Assembly: GCA_030390025.1 (NCBI GenBank)
Contig: CM059432.1
Coordinates: forward strand, 65,350,001-65,414,000
Direction: 5' to 3'
DNA from: Squalus acanthias
Lineage: Eukaryota
Length of the DNA: 64,000 bases
A program made the translations under genes and the position numbers. The notes under the pieces were generated by a model that was not told where the DNA came from, made no database searches, and worked only from the letters and a program-made list of their open reading frames with translations. Of this stretch, positions 1-11,174 are shown piece by piece (the stretch's first letter is position 1; each line of letters starts with the position of its first letter).

Positions 1-1089
1 AGCGACCGGAAGCTCGGGGTCACCCTTACGGACTGAACGGAGGTGTTCCGCAAAGCGGTCACCCAATCTGCGTTTGGTCTCCCCAATGTAGAGGAGACCA
101 CATCGTGAGCAGCGAATACAGTATACTAGATTGCAAGAAGTACAAGTAAATCGCTGTTTCACCTGGAAGGGGTGTTTGGGGCCCTGGAGAGTGGGAAGGG
201 GGGAGGTATAAGGGCAGGTGTTGCATCTCCTGCGCTTGCACGGGAAGGTGCCGGGCGAGGGGGAAGGGGTGCTGGGTGTGATAGAGGAGTGGACTAGGGT
301 GTCTCGGAGGGAGCGGTCCCTACGGAATGCTGAAAGGGGAGGTGAGGGGAAGATACGTTTGGTGGTGGGATCACGTTGGAGGTGGCGGAAATGGCGGAGG
401 ATGATCCGTTGAATGTGGCGGTTGGTGGGGTGAAAGGTGAGGACAAGGGGAACTCTATCGTGGTTCCGGGAGGGAGGGGCCGGGGTGAGGGCAGAAGTGT
501 GGGAGATAGAACGGACACGGTCGAGGGCCGTGTCGACCACGGTAGAGGGGAATCCTCGGTTGAGGAAAAAGGAAGACATGTCGGAAGCACTGGTATGGAA
601 GGTGGCATCGTCAGAGCAGATGCGGCGGAGATGGAGAAACTGGGAGAACGGAATAGAATCCTTACAGGAGGCGGGGTGGGAGGAAGTGTAGTCCAGGTAG
701 CTGTGGGAGTCAGTGGGCTTGTAGTGAATGCTGGTCAATAACCTATCCCCAGAGATGGAGACGGAGAAGTCGAGGAAGGGAAGGGAAGAGTCGGAGATGG
801 ACTATGTGAAGGTGAAGGCAGGGTGGCAAAGTGAATGAAATTGTCTAGTTCAGGGCGAGAGCAGGAAACGGCACCGATACAGTCATCAATGTACCGGAAA
901 AAGAGGTGAGGGAGGGGACCCGAGTAGGACTGGAACAAAGAGTGTTCCACATATCCCACGAAAAGGCAGGCATAGCTAGGACCCATGCGGGTACCCATAA
1001 CAACACCTTTGATTTGGAGGAAATGAGTGGAGTCAAAGGAGAAGTTGTTCAATGTGAGAACAAGTTCAGCCAGGCAGAGGAGGGTGGCG
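1..1089 (-). mobile_element. Penelope-like retroelement fragment (RT plus GIY-YIG endonuclease), 5'-truncated, runs off the window
   Basis: ORF 735..1052 has GVVMGTRMGPSYACLF and RYIDD; minus strand of 1-150 reads NLVYCIRCSRCGLLYIGETKRRLGDRFAEH (GIY-YIG). Confidence 0.9.
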
Positions 1090-1831
1090 GTATTTTACTC
1101 GGCTGGAAGATCGAAATGAGTTCAAAGACCATTCAAACCTGAGAGGAAGCTTGAAGACCATCCCCTGAGGCCATGTGTCCATTAAAACCACAGACAGCGG
1201 TCTTTGTATTGAAGGGTTATATTAGAGAGCAGTTTGGATAGCTCGCTCTCTCTCTCTCCTGCCCTCCACACAACGGAACGTCAAGAGGAGCAGAGCCTTG
1301 CTCTTCCAACCGAGACGGACTTCGACTAAGGCTGGGACTCGCATGCCACAAGGCCGGTACGGAACCAGGTAGCCGAGACGTACGGGAGGAAGCTGCAAGC
1401 AAGATCAAAAGGGCAATCTAGGTGAGCATTGCCAAGCCTACACACCCACAAGATCACTTAGCTGTGTGAGGGGGTGCCTATATGTTCCTACCAAACCAGA
1501 GGGGGTTTAGCGTTGGAAGGGTCCTATGATAGTTTAGTTCACGGGAGGGTGTTTTTAGGCCGTGGTAAGTCAGCACGGCAGGGGCTTGTTGGACAAGTCA
1601 GGGTTGTACTGTTTTAAACTGTACTGTTGTGTTCACACTGCTCGTACTGTATGCGAGTGGAGTGGTTTTTGTCAACCTTAATAAACACTGTACGGGTGAG
1701 CCCGAAAACGCTGTCCATGTTCAAATCTGTCCTCAGTAATCCCTATCGTCCAGAACTTGTAGTAAGGGGGTTTGCGTGCTCACTACGGGCGGGGCGAAAC
1801 CACTTACAATAATTGGCGATTGCGGCAGGGG
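1090..1831 (+). mobile_element. Possible LTR remnant with downstream primer-binding site
   Basis: AATAAA at about 1680, ...CTTACA at 1808, then TGGCGATTGCGGCAGG at 1814 (PBS-like); no internal ORF. Confidence 0.35.
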
Positions 1832-2778
1832 CCATAGGAAATTGGCCACCGCAAAACTTGTGACTATGTCTAGAAAATATGAAATACATATTTCCCACTT
1901 TCCCTTGAATAGGGTTATTCAGTACAATGGGGAAATGTTATCACCTTTGGTTCTTTTGCTCCATGTTTTTCATTCAGCAGCCTGATGATATAAGTAGTCC
2001 ACATCCTGTATGATCTGAAATCTTCATTTCCTTCTCTTCTGTAGCATGGACCCAGGTACTAACTACCATCTAACTGTGTACTGGTGTGGTTTTCTGTTAT
2101 GCACTCATACTCACTTTGGATAGCTGAAAGTATTTCACACAGAGCATCAGTTGACAGGCTAAAGCACAAAACCATAAAAATCCATGCTCAAAGGGCGCAG
2201 TAGTTAGAATTATGACTGACACACTGTAGTTCCCTTCAAGCACTGAAGTTACACTTTAAACTACTGCTAAAAAGGTTAAATTTCACAGTCTGATAGTATC
2301 TATACCAGGACCTACTCTTACCTTTTCTCCCACATATTTCTCCACCCCTTCACTCATCCCTACCTTTGTTTTCCCTTATTCAGCCGCACAGTACACAGAT
2401 ACACAAATAGTTCAATTCAGTAGAAAATCCTGTCACAGACAAGCTAGAGAACATTCCACTCTCTTATAAGAGGAGCATCTTTTGAACTATGGGGCTAGCC
2501 AGATGGCCCAAAATGGTCTTTTCTGGTCCTGTACATTCCTATGCAACAGCTTCAGCTGTGAGCCTTCATCTACCAAGATAACAGACCAATACAGCTGGGG
2601 ACCATTATTAACACATAGGGCAAATGAAAAGGCTCTATTAAGAGGACTATTGCTGGAACAGTTTTATCTTTTGCTTCGCTTCCTGTTTTGGAAGTGCCTG
2701 CCTTCACTTGACAACTGCTCACAGCAGCATGGCTAATTAGGAGTTCACAATGTGGGGAACTACATATCTCTTCACAAC

Positions 2779-3479
2779 GGCCCAGATTTTCCGTGGCCTA
2801 TGACCGTGGTGCATACGTGGCTGTAAGTGTCTCGCAAGTTCCGGGTTTCCGCATGGGCTGCTCATGCACAAAAACCCAGAACTTGTGATCTGTCAAGAAT
2901 CTTCTTGACAGGGCCTCCGCATCCCCGAGAAATGGACATTCGTTGGCAGAGAATTGGGCTATTCTTGCCCAGCGAATGCCCGTGAAACTCTTACACCTGG
3001 TAAAAGCAGGCGTAAGGCCTTCTTTTACCAGTGTAAGGGTGAAAATAAATATTAAAATACATTTTAACATTCAAAAACCTGTAAAATAAGTTTGTGTTTA
3101 CATTTATTTTTCAAAAAATAAAATTTTTGTTTTAAATGTTTAATGATACTGGATTTTAATTAATTTTAAACAAGTAATGATTTTTTTTATTTCAAGGTTA
3201 TGTAATTGTGATTTTTGGGTGATTCCTATTAAGCTTATGGGGATTAGGTACGTAAATGGAATCCCCATAAGCATAATGGGAATCCCCTTTCTGATTGGTT
3301 GGGCCGGCCCACGTGCTCCCAGGGACGCTTGTGAACCGCCTGCGCCCCTGGGATACGTGCGCCTCTAAGCAGGGCTACGCGTAGAGGCCAAGGAGCGCGA
3401 GTGTCCGTGGCTCCAGCACCATCAGGTAGGTGCATAGATTTATTGTGATTCGGAAGCCTCCGACCGCAAATTCAGGCCC
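2779..3479. mobile_element. Harbinger-type MITE
   Basis: Ends GGCCCAGATTTT / AAATTCAGGCCC; flanks AAC/AAG (imperfect 3-bp TSD). Confidence 0.65.
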
Positions 3480-3694
3480 AAGATGGTACAGTCTGATGTA
3501 GCATTCCAGAATATGACCCTCAAGCTATGTTGGGACTGTGACCCTTGACAAAAAGACAGTGAACACCAGTGGCCCAGATGGTGTTCCAAGTCACAGAGGC
3601 TGCACATGCCACAAACTGATCATAAATGACTGAAGTGATCATTTTAACATTTTTTCTTTCTCAAGAGGAAAAGCACCCTCTAGTCAAAACAATA

Positions 3695-4116
3695 CTATGG
3701 TGATTATATTAATGGCCAACTAATCTAGAGGACTCAACTAATAACACAGAATACGTGAATCCAAATCCTGTCAGGCAGTTTGAGAATTTGAATTCAGTTT
3801 AGAAATATCTGGAAATAGAAAACTTAAGTCAGTAAAAGTAACCATTAAGCTGTCAGATTGTCGTTAGAGCCATACTGCTTCACTAATGTCCTGTAGGGAA
3901 GGAGATCACTGGTCCTTAGCCAATCCGGCCTATATGTGACTCTAGGCCTACACCAATGTGGATGAATCTTAACTGGCCTAGCAACCCACTCAGTTGTATC
4001 AAACTGCTACCAACAGTTGAAGAAGGCGGCTCACCACAACCGTCCCAGGGCAACTAGGGATGGGCAATAAATGTTGGCCTTGCCAGCAACACCCACATCC
4101 TAAGAATGAATAAAAA
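3695..4116 (+). mobile_element. SINE family B (probably tRNA-derived, LINE-type 3' tail)
   Basis: Similar to 21731-22161 and 47495-47872; tail matches the LINE 3' ends at 11551 and 30446. Confidence 0.7.
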
Positions 4117-4315
4117 ATATATAATACAATTTATTAATGGCAAAAACCACAAATAGAGTGGAACTGCAATACATATTTAACCTTACAAATGAATAGTGAC
4201 AAAATTCACAAAATGTAACATCCATCTATAGCTAAATCCTGTAAGTAGAGTAAAAGAAAAAGTGTAGAGGGAATGTGCAAAGAATGACATCAACCCACTG
4301 GTTCAATCTCCAGAG

Positions 4316-4412
4316 TACATAAGAACATGAGAAATAAGAGCAGGAGTAGGCCATATGGCCCCTCGAGCCTGCTCTGCCATTCAATAAGATCATGGCTGAT
4401 CATCGACCTCAA
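4316..4412 (-). mobile_element. CR1 LINE 3' end
   Basis: Matches the CR1 terminus at about 34505 (cataagaacat...ggagcaggagtaggccat). Confidence 0.7.
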
Positions 4413-5497
4413 ATCTGTTCTACCCTCGTTTCCTGAAAGTGATGACTTTCACTGTGGCACAGTTCAACAAGTGCTCACAGATTCTTCCCTGCCACTGTCC
4501 TGGCTAAGATCAGCTAATGCAGCGCAGACTTGAGATTAAACCTGCGACCTTGCTGATCGCTTTTGCTCAGTTCCTTATTGGGCAGGCAATTTACCAATTG
4601 AGCCAACAAAGACACCTTCTTCATTATTTCTAATGCCCCCCTCTGAAAACTTGAGCAATTACATTTATGATGGTACCCAATTTGAAAATGACTGCACAAT
4701 TTGCCCTCACTATTTTCTGAAGCTGTCCAAAGCAGTTTCCGTCAGATCTTCACATCGTTGTTTGTATCAAAAATTCTTTGCAGGCTATTTTAAAAGGGCA
4801 ACATCTTTATAAACAAAATCTTCCCTCCCCACAATTAAAAGAATTACTCCTGAATATTTTTCTTGAAGCCAGTGCCCCTTTAATAAAAGTAACCAAAATA
4901 ATCTTGACGCTGTCCCAATGTCTGTTTTGTTTATTAACAGACATATGTGTTGTCTGATGAACCTCGTCAAACTTGAATTCGCTCAGGCTTCTGATCTGGT
5001 TTTTCACTCATCCTGACAAAGCACATCAGTCACACAGAGCAGGAGATGTGACATACATTCCAGTGTGATTTATAAGCAGCAATAACCTTTACACTCAGCA
5101 CAAAAAAATCATCTTGTAAGTAAATGACATTTTAATTGAAAACAAATGCATTAAGAAAACAGACAGCTCGACTTACAATCAGGTATCATGTTTTCTTTAG
5201 GGGCGCAAAAAGTTATTGGCAGTTTCAAGCTTGCTAAGTGAACACTATGCCTCATGTGTTTTTCATCTCGAGACTGAAAGACCATAATTTTGTAAAACAT
5301 ACCAAATAGAAGTTGCCATAAGATGAAATGGGTGTGGGGGTTTAATCTTGATGTGTTTCACTATTACTAAATAAAAAGAATAAGGAAAAAGGAAACCTGC
5401 TTTTATTCACGAGCTGAGTTCTGCTTTCACTAAGTAATAACAAAAAATATTAAATAAAAACCAAATAATAAAATCAATTAGTATTATATGTCACAAT

Positions 5498-6296
5498 GGG
5501 GGAAAAATTCGGTATCGGCCATTTTGGGGCGCTAATATCGGCCGGGCGCAAAGTTTAGCGCCCAGCGCTAATTATCGCCTCTGACTGCAAAATTTGCCTC
5601 TATCGCCCCTGAAGGTGATTTGAGCACTAAATCAGGCGCTACGCACCTCTCTTAAGGCGCAAACATCAGGGAGCGAGGTGCTACCTCTGAACGCTACCGA
5701 AGCTCAGGCGATGCCAATTACCATGGAAGCCAGACAGACTGGCACCATCCAGTTCTTAAAGGGGAGGGGCCATATTGCTGGCCAGGCACACCCTGCTCAT
5801 TGCAGCCTTGAATCTCGGCCTGGAGAGACCTCAAAAGCAATTGTGTTGGAAGCACTAATGGATAGGCCCAGGGAAAGAGCTCGGCACTTAGGAACCTCAA
5901 AAGTGGTGCTGAGGGCCAAAACTCCTTAGGACAGCATTAAAACCAAAAATTTTGCCGACAAGAAATGGCAGGAAGCACCCGACTTTAATTAGCGCTCCCG
6001 CAGCCCCTTCCCGACTTGAAAACATTCTCCTCTACCTGTCATTCCTAGCGGCAGGCGCTAAGGCAGGGGGTGCGACTCAATATCCGGTCTGGGGCGCTAC
6101 CGGGGCATTGCACACTTGACTGACGTCTCGATCTGTGGGCGCAGGAGATCGTGGCGGTAGTGTTTAGAGCCGCTGCAAAACAACTGGTCAATTTCGCGAG
6201 CGGCACTAAAATTGCTGCGCTCGGGCGCTAAGTTCCTAGCACCCCATTAGCGCCCCCGGAGGCGCTAACGGGAAGCGTTAACCAACCAAATTTTTT
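5498..6296. mobile_element. GC-rich MITE, same family as 52248-52878
   Basis: Begins GGGGGAAAAATTCGG; many GCGCTA/TAGCGC motifs; right end degraded. Confidence 0.7.
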
Positions 6297-8379
6297 GTGC
6301 CTTTAGATTTCAGGCGAAAAGTTTGCAATTTATTGAAGGAATGGACTGACACCTGTTATAGGCCAGATCATCCCAAGAGCCTTGTTTAATCATCGCTGTG
6401 GTTCAGCTCCAAATGGTCTAACAATCTGCCAGTTAATACAGCATTCACATTGTAATAGTGTAAATTGCCATGTTCAGTTGAAAGTAATTTGTGCTTCCTG
6501 TTAAGCACCAACAGCTGTGAAGTGTTCTGTGCACTTTTTCATTACTCATGTTTGAAGACAAACTGAGTTACTTTTCACTTATATTCCAAATAATGAACCC
6601 CAATGCCTAAATATCTTGAAGAAAATTACCACATGCACCTCTATGAAGCAACTTTGTTTTAATATGCATCATACTAAACAAGACAACCAGGGTATATAAG
6701 CATAAATCCTATATCACCATGAGATTTGAAAATAAAATACTTAGGTCTGAAAATTCCGGGGTCTCGGCTCCAATGCCACAACTCTGCAAAATGTTGACTC
6801 TGTCCCAAATCTCGGGAATGGGTTATTTAAATAGTCATGGTAGATGGCACACACCTGTAGAGGTATTTCAGAGGCGCCCACCATGTTATGCTTACGGTAG
6901 TCAGATCAGCATCCTAAGGGTTAAGAGGGACAAACATAATGGTCCAAAAATTGCAGTTGGAGGCGTACCTCCGGTGTATGCCTCCGACCCGCGAAAGGAA
7001 TACGACCCTACCTGATGGCGGCAAGGCTGCAAAAACTCGCGGTCTGACGCTGCGAGGGGGAGGGCAACGTAATGGCCCACGGTTCCCAGGGTGGTGTGGA
7101 AGCGTACCAGGGATCACATGGACCTGGTCCTCCAATCACAAAACAGAATTCCATTTTAATCATTTCTGAAGGAAATCCCACAATCAGATGTAATGGATTC
7201 CCAAAATCAGATAATTACAATTTACAGGATTGGAATTTAATTCCTAATTAGCTTCATTTCACAAACCTCACTAAAAATGTAATTTTTTTGACAACATTTT
7301 CGACATCATTAAAACTCTAATCTGGGCCAATATTTGCAGAAACTCATTTGATACAGTGTATGTGTATAATTTCTGAGATGAAAATGTTTAAATCATGCCT
7401 GAGCCATCCCTTTATGCTCTGTGCCTGTTTGCATCAACCGTAACATTTCCGTACGCAATTGCTGGCCAGTCAACTCTGTGTAAGCAATTGATTTTTCGTG
7501 GGCCATGCGGATGGCTTGTCAATGCGTACATTGACAGACTGCAAGTTTCAGATTTTGCGCATGCGCAAGTGCATGTGGAAATCTCAAACTTACGGTGGAT
7601 TTCAAAGGAGGTAAGATGGCGTACTCAGAGTATGCCGCCATACCCACCGCAAAATCCAGACCATTGTTTTCTGCTGCTTCAAAGGGTGTAAATGGGCATC
7701 AATGGAAAGGTAATCAATCAACTTTGGGGTTGATTACCTTTGTATTAGCAGACTTGAGGGCTTCCTTAAGCCCAGCATGGACCTACATCACATCTCAGTT
7801 GGACCTGGGCCTATTGATGACACACTGGGTGGAATTTCAGGGGTAGCCCAACAAATGTCCCCAGACACGGCCCTATAGCTTCCAGCAGACTTGGGGAGGG
7901 TAGATGGAAGACTTGTTCAGCTCCCCAGTGGAAATTGGGCCTCCAGACACACAGACTGGCAACCGAGCGGATATGGACACTGGCCCAAAATCCAATCCAC
8001 CCCCATGTACAATCGGCCCAACCTCCACCCTCCCATCCCACTGTAGTTTTGAGGCCTTAGTAACAGAATGTAAGAACAGAGGTAAGTATAAAACAAGAAA
8101 AAGCCATTAAATCTACAGATTCCAGAGACCATATGTAATTCGGAGGTAACCTTGTGACATGGTCGATAATTGGTTGGGAGTGGGAAACAGAGAGTAGGGA
8201 TGAAGGCAACATTCTCTGATTGGCAGGATATGACAAGTGGTGTTCCCCAGGGTCTGTACTGCACCCTCAACTTTTCACCATATATATTAATTACTTGGAT
8301 GAAGGAATAAACAGTGCTTTTCCAAGTGTGCAGATGACACTGAGTTAGGAGGCACAGTAAGTTGTATGATCTAGACAGA

Positions 8380-10148
8380 GGCTGGAATTTTGCTGGCGCT
8401 TAGCGGACAGGATCGTTGGCAGATCAGCTGTTAAATTTAAAATGATTGACAATGGATCGGGAACCCGCTGTCAAAATGCGCACACTGGACTTTCTCGATG
8501 TCGGGTCTGCCAGCGCTGAGCAGACCCAACACACAGCGGCGGGAGAGGCAATTAAAATCATTAATGGTTAGTTTACAGCTGCTTAACAATGGATTTTTCA
8601 CAGCTTTTTGGATTTGACAGGTTGTCCACCAGTTTTCTGCTGTGCCTAGACCTCGTCTGTGAAGCTGAGGTGGGAGGTCAGTGGCCATTGAATCAGCTGA
8701 TGAGTTGACAGCTTCAAATGTCAAGTCAAAGCTCCCAGCTGATTGAGACATGTTCCCTTAACCACTAGCTTCTCTAAACGGCATTTCCACGACAGATTCA
8801 GAATGCTGCAAATCTTTACACAAGTCTCCATCCAGAGTGACCTTATTACCTCTCCCACCATTGACAGATCGCTTCTGTCATCTTTACCTTACCTGCCATC
8901 TATTCCACCAGCATGGGTGCCCTTTATACTCTCTCACCTTGGTCCTCAGAATCCCACCATGATCAGCCCCAGCACCAGCAGCATCAAGCACACCAGCAGC
9001 ACTAACAACACCAACCTTCTCCGCAATCAACTGATGCTGCACAGGACACAGGGCATCAGCGCCTGATCACATTGCTGACCGGGAGGCCAGGGATGGCCTC
9101 ACCATGGCCGGATTTACTTCACTTGATGCTGTACATCCAGGCTGCCACATGATACGCCAGGTTGGCACCACCCTACACCAACACCATAAAGCATCTCTAC
9201 AATGCCCAAGCCATTCCTTTCACACTCATGACCATTGTGGGGTGTACCGTTATGTCTCACCATTCACTGCAACTCACTAAACCACTTCCAAAGGTGCACA
9301 CAAATCTGCTCAAGAAGGCAAAGTGTTGAAAATAAAGATTTCAATGTTTGACACCACATTAACAGAAACTTTACATGAAGATTGGATAAAACACCCAAGT
9401 GCCTACCCTTATGTGTTGTTAGTTGGTATGACTGCACTAGGATGAGGGTGAGTGTGAGGGGTGGCTAGTGAGATGGGGAAGCGATAATGTCAATAGAGAG
9501 GGATGAGTGGAGGTGCAAGGAAAGTTGGTGTGAGAGTAAGGATGTGCGGGAGTAGGGTAGGGAAGGCAGAGTGATGGGGATGTGATGAGTGGCACAGCAG
9601 GATGAGGTTGAGTATGGCTTTGCAGTAACGTTTCGTGATCTACTGAGATCATTGAAAGGTTTGCGCCACTGCAGCCTGGTCCTCCTGACCACATCCCTGC
9701 TAGTGCCCTCCTCTGCAATGTGCAACCAGGCTATGTTGGTCTCCTGGGGAGGTGTCTTCCGCCCATGGGAAGGGAAGAGGACCACCCTGTGTGCTGTGAC
9801 TCCCTCTATAAGCATATGGAGGGAGTCATGGAAGAGTCTGGGTGCAGCCCTGCACCTCTTTGCAGTGCTCGCCAGTGCTTGCAGCACCTCAATGCTGTCG
9901 AACACTGACAGCACAAATGTCAAACTAAATTTGGGCATGGTCCCTTTAAGGAAACCGGCTGATGATGCTTCATAAATGACCTCATCAGACCCGCTTCCTG
10001 CAATTGGCCGGCAAACGCGCTGGGCGGGCTTAACAAGCCCAATCATCGGAAAATCATTTCGGAGGCCGAGATGGAGCCAGTAGCGGGGCCGAGACCTGCC
10101 ACTGACATCGCCCGCCACGGACCCGCCGAGGTTCGTAAAATCGCGGCC
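8380..10148 (-). mobile_element. Non-autonomous PIF/Harbinger-type transposon with Myb/SANT ORF
   Basis: TIRs GGCTGGAATTTT / AAAATCGCGGCC; TSD AGA (8377-79, 10149-51); removal restores CR1 codons gat cta gac aga ctg. Confidence 0.88.
9465..9938 (-). CDS. Putative transposon Myb/SANT-like DNA-binding ORF (157 aa from the internal ATG)
   Basis: Part of ORF 9465..10226: AAPRLFHDSLHMLIEGVTAHRVVLFP...AWLHIAEE...RTRLQWRKPFNDL, resembling Harbinger Myb/SANT proteins; expression unknown. Confidence 0.55.
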   Translation of the reverse strand: MPKFSLTFVLSVFDSIEVLQALASTAKRCRAAPRLFHDSLHMLIEGVTAHRVVLFPSHGRKTPPQETNIAWLHIAEEGTSRDVVRRTRLQWRKPFNDLSRSRNVTAKPYSTSSCCATHHIPITLPSLPYSRTSLLSHQLSLHLHSSLSIDIIASPSH

Positions 10149-11174
10149 AGACTGTGTGTGTGGGTAAATCGATGGCAGATGGAGTTCATTGTGGGGAAGG
10201 GTGTCATCCACTTTGGATCTGAGCAAGGCAAATTGGAATATTTCTTTAATGGTGAGAAACTAAGAGCTTTGCAGCAGCAAAGGGATTTAGGTGTCCATGT
10301 ACACAAATTACTAAAAGCTAGTGGACAGGTACAAAAAGTAATCAAAAAGGCTAAAGGAATGTTGGCCTTTATCTCAAGGAGGTTGGAATTCAAAAGTGAG
10401 GAAGTGATGCTTCAGTTGTACAGAGCCTTTTTCAAACCCTAGCTGGAGAACGGAGTTCAGTTTTGGGCATCAAACCTCAGGAAAGATTTATTGACCTTGG
10501 AGGCTGTATAGCCCAGATTCACCAGAATGATACTAGGGCTTAAACGGTTAAATTATGTCAGGTTGCATAAACTTAGCTTGTATTCCCTTGAGTTTAGCAT
10601 GTTGAGACGTGATCTAATCGATGTGTTTAAAATCATAAAGGGATTTGATAGGATAGACACAGAGAAGCTATTTCCTATGGTGAGGGAATCCAGAACAAGA
10701 GGACATAAACTTAAAATTAGAGCTAGGTCATTTAGGAGTGAAATCAGGAAGCACATTTTCACATAAAAGGTAGTCGAAATCTGGAACTCTCCCCCCCAAA
10801 AAGCTGTGGATGCTCGGACAATTGAAATTTTCAACACTGAGTTCGATAGATTTCTGTCGGGAAAATTATCAAGGGATATGGAACAAAGGCAGATAAATAG
10901 AGTTGAGGTACAGATCAGCCATGTTCTAAGTGAATGCAGAACTGGCTTGAGGGGCTGAATGGCTTACTGCTGTTCCTATGTTCCAACCTAGCCTATCCTC
11001 TTGATTTGTCGTCCTAATCTAATGAAATACCAGTGCTTTCAATACAGCTTCAAATCATGAAAGTTTCATTGTAATTTCAGTTTGTACCCAAAGAACTCAA
11101 ACCATTAATCCTAGAGTAGGTTCTGGGCTTGGTATACTCCGGCACATTGTTCCTCACTCTGGACCTGACTCTTC

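Larger units (their letters stand above)
8158..10985 (+). mobile_element. CR1 LINE 3' fragment interrupted by the element at 8380-10148
   Basis: SGVPQG and ADDT motifs before the insert; WQMEF, QRDLGV and 3' ORF remnants after it. Confidence 0.85.

Noticed and set aside
6745..8060. Distinct intact transposons
   Set aside because: Looks like degraded MITE pieces; no TIR pair or TSD could be fixed
9939..10226. N-terminal extension of the 253-aa ORF
   Set aside because: Crosses the element boundary into antisense CR1 sequence; chance read-through
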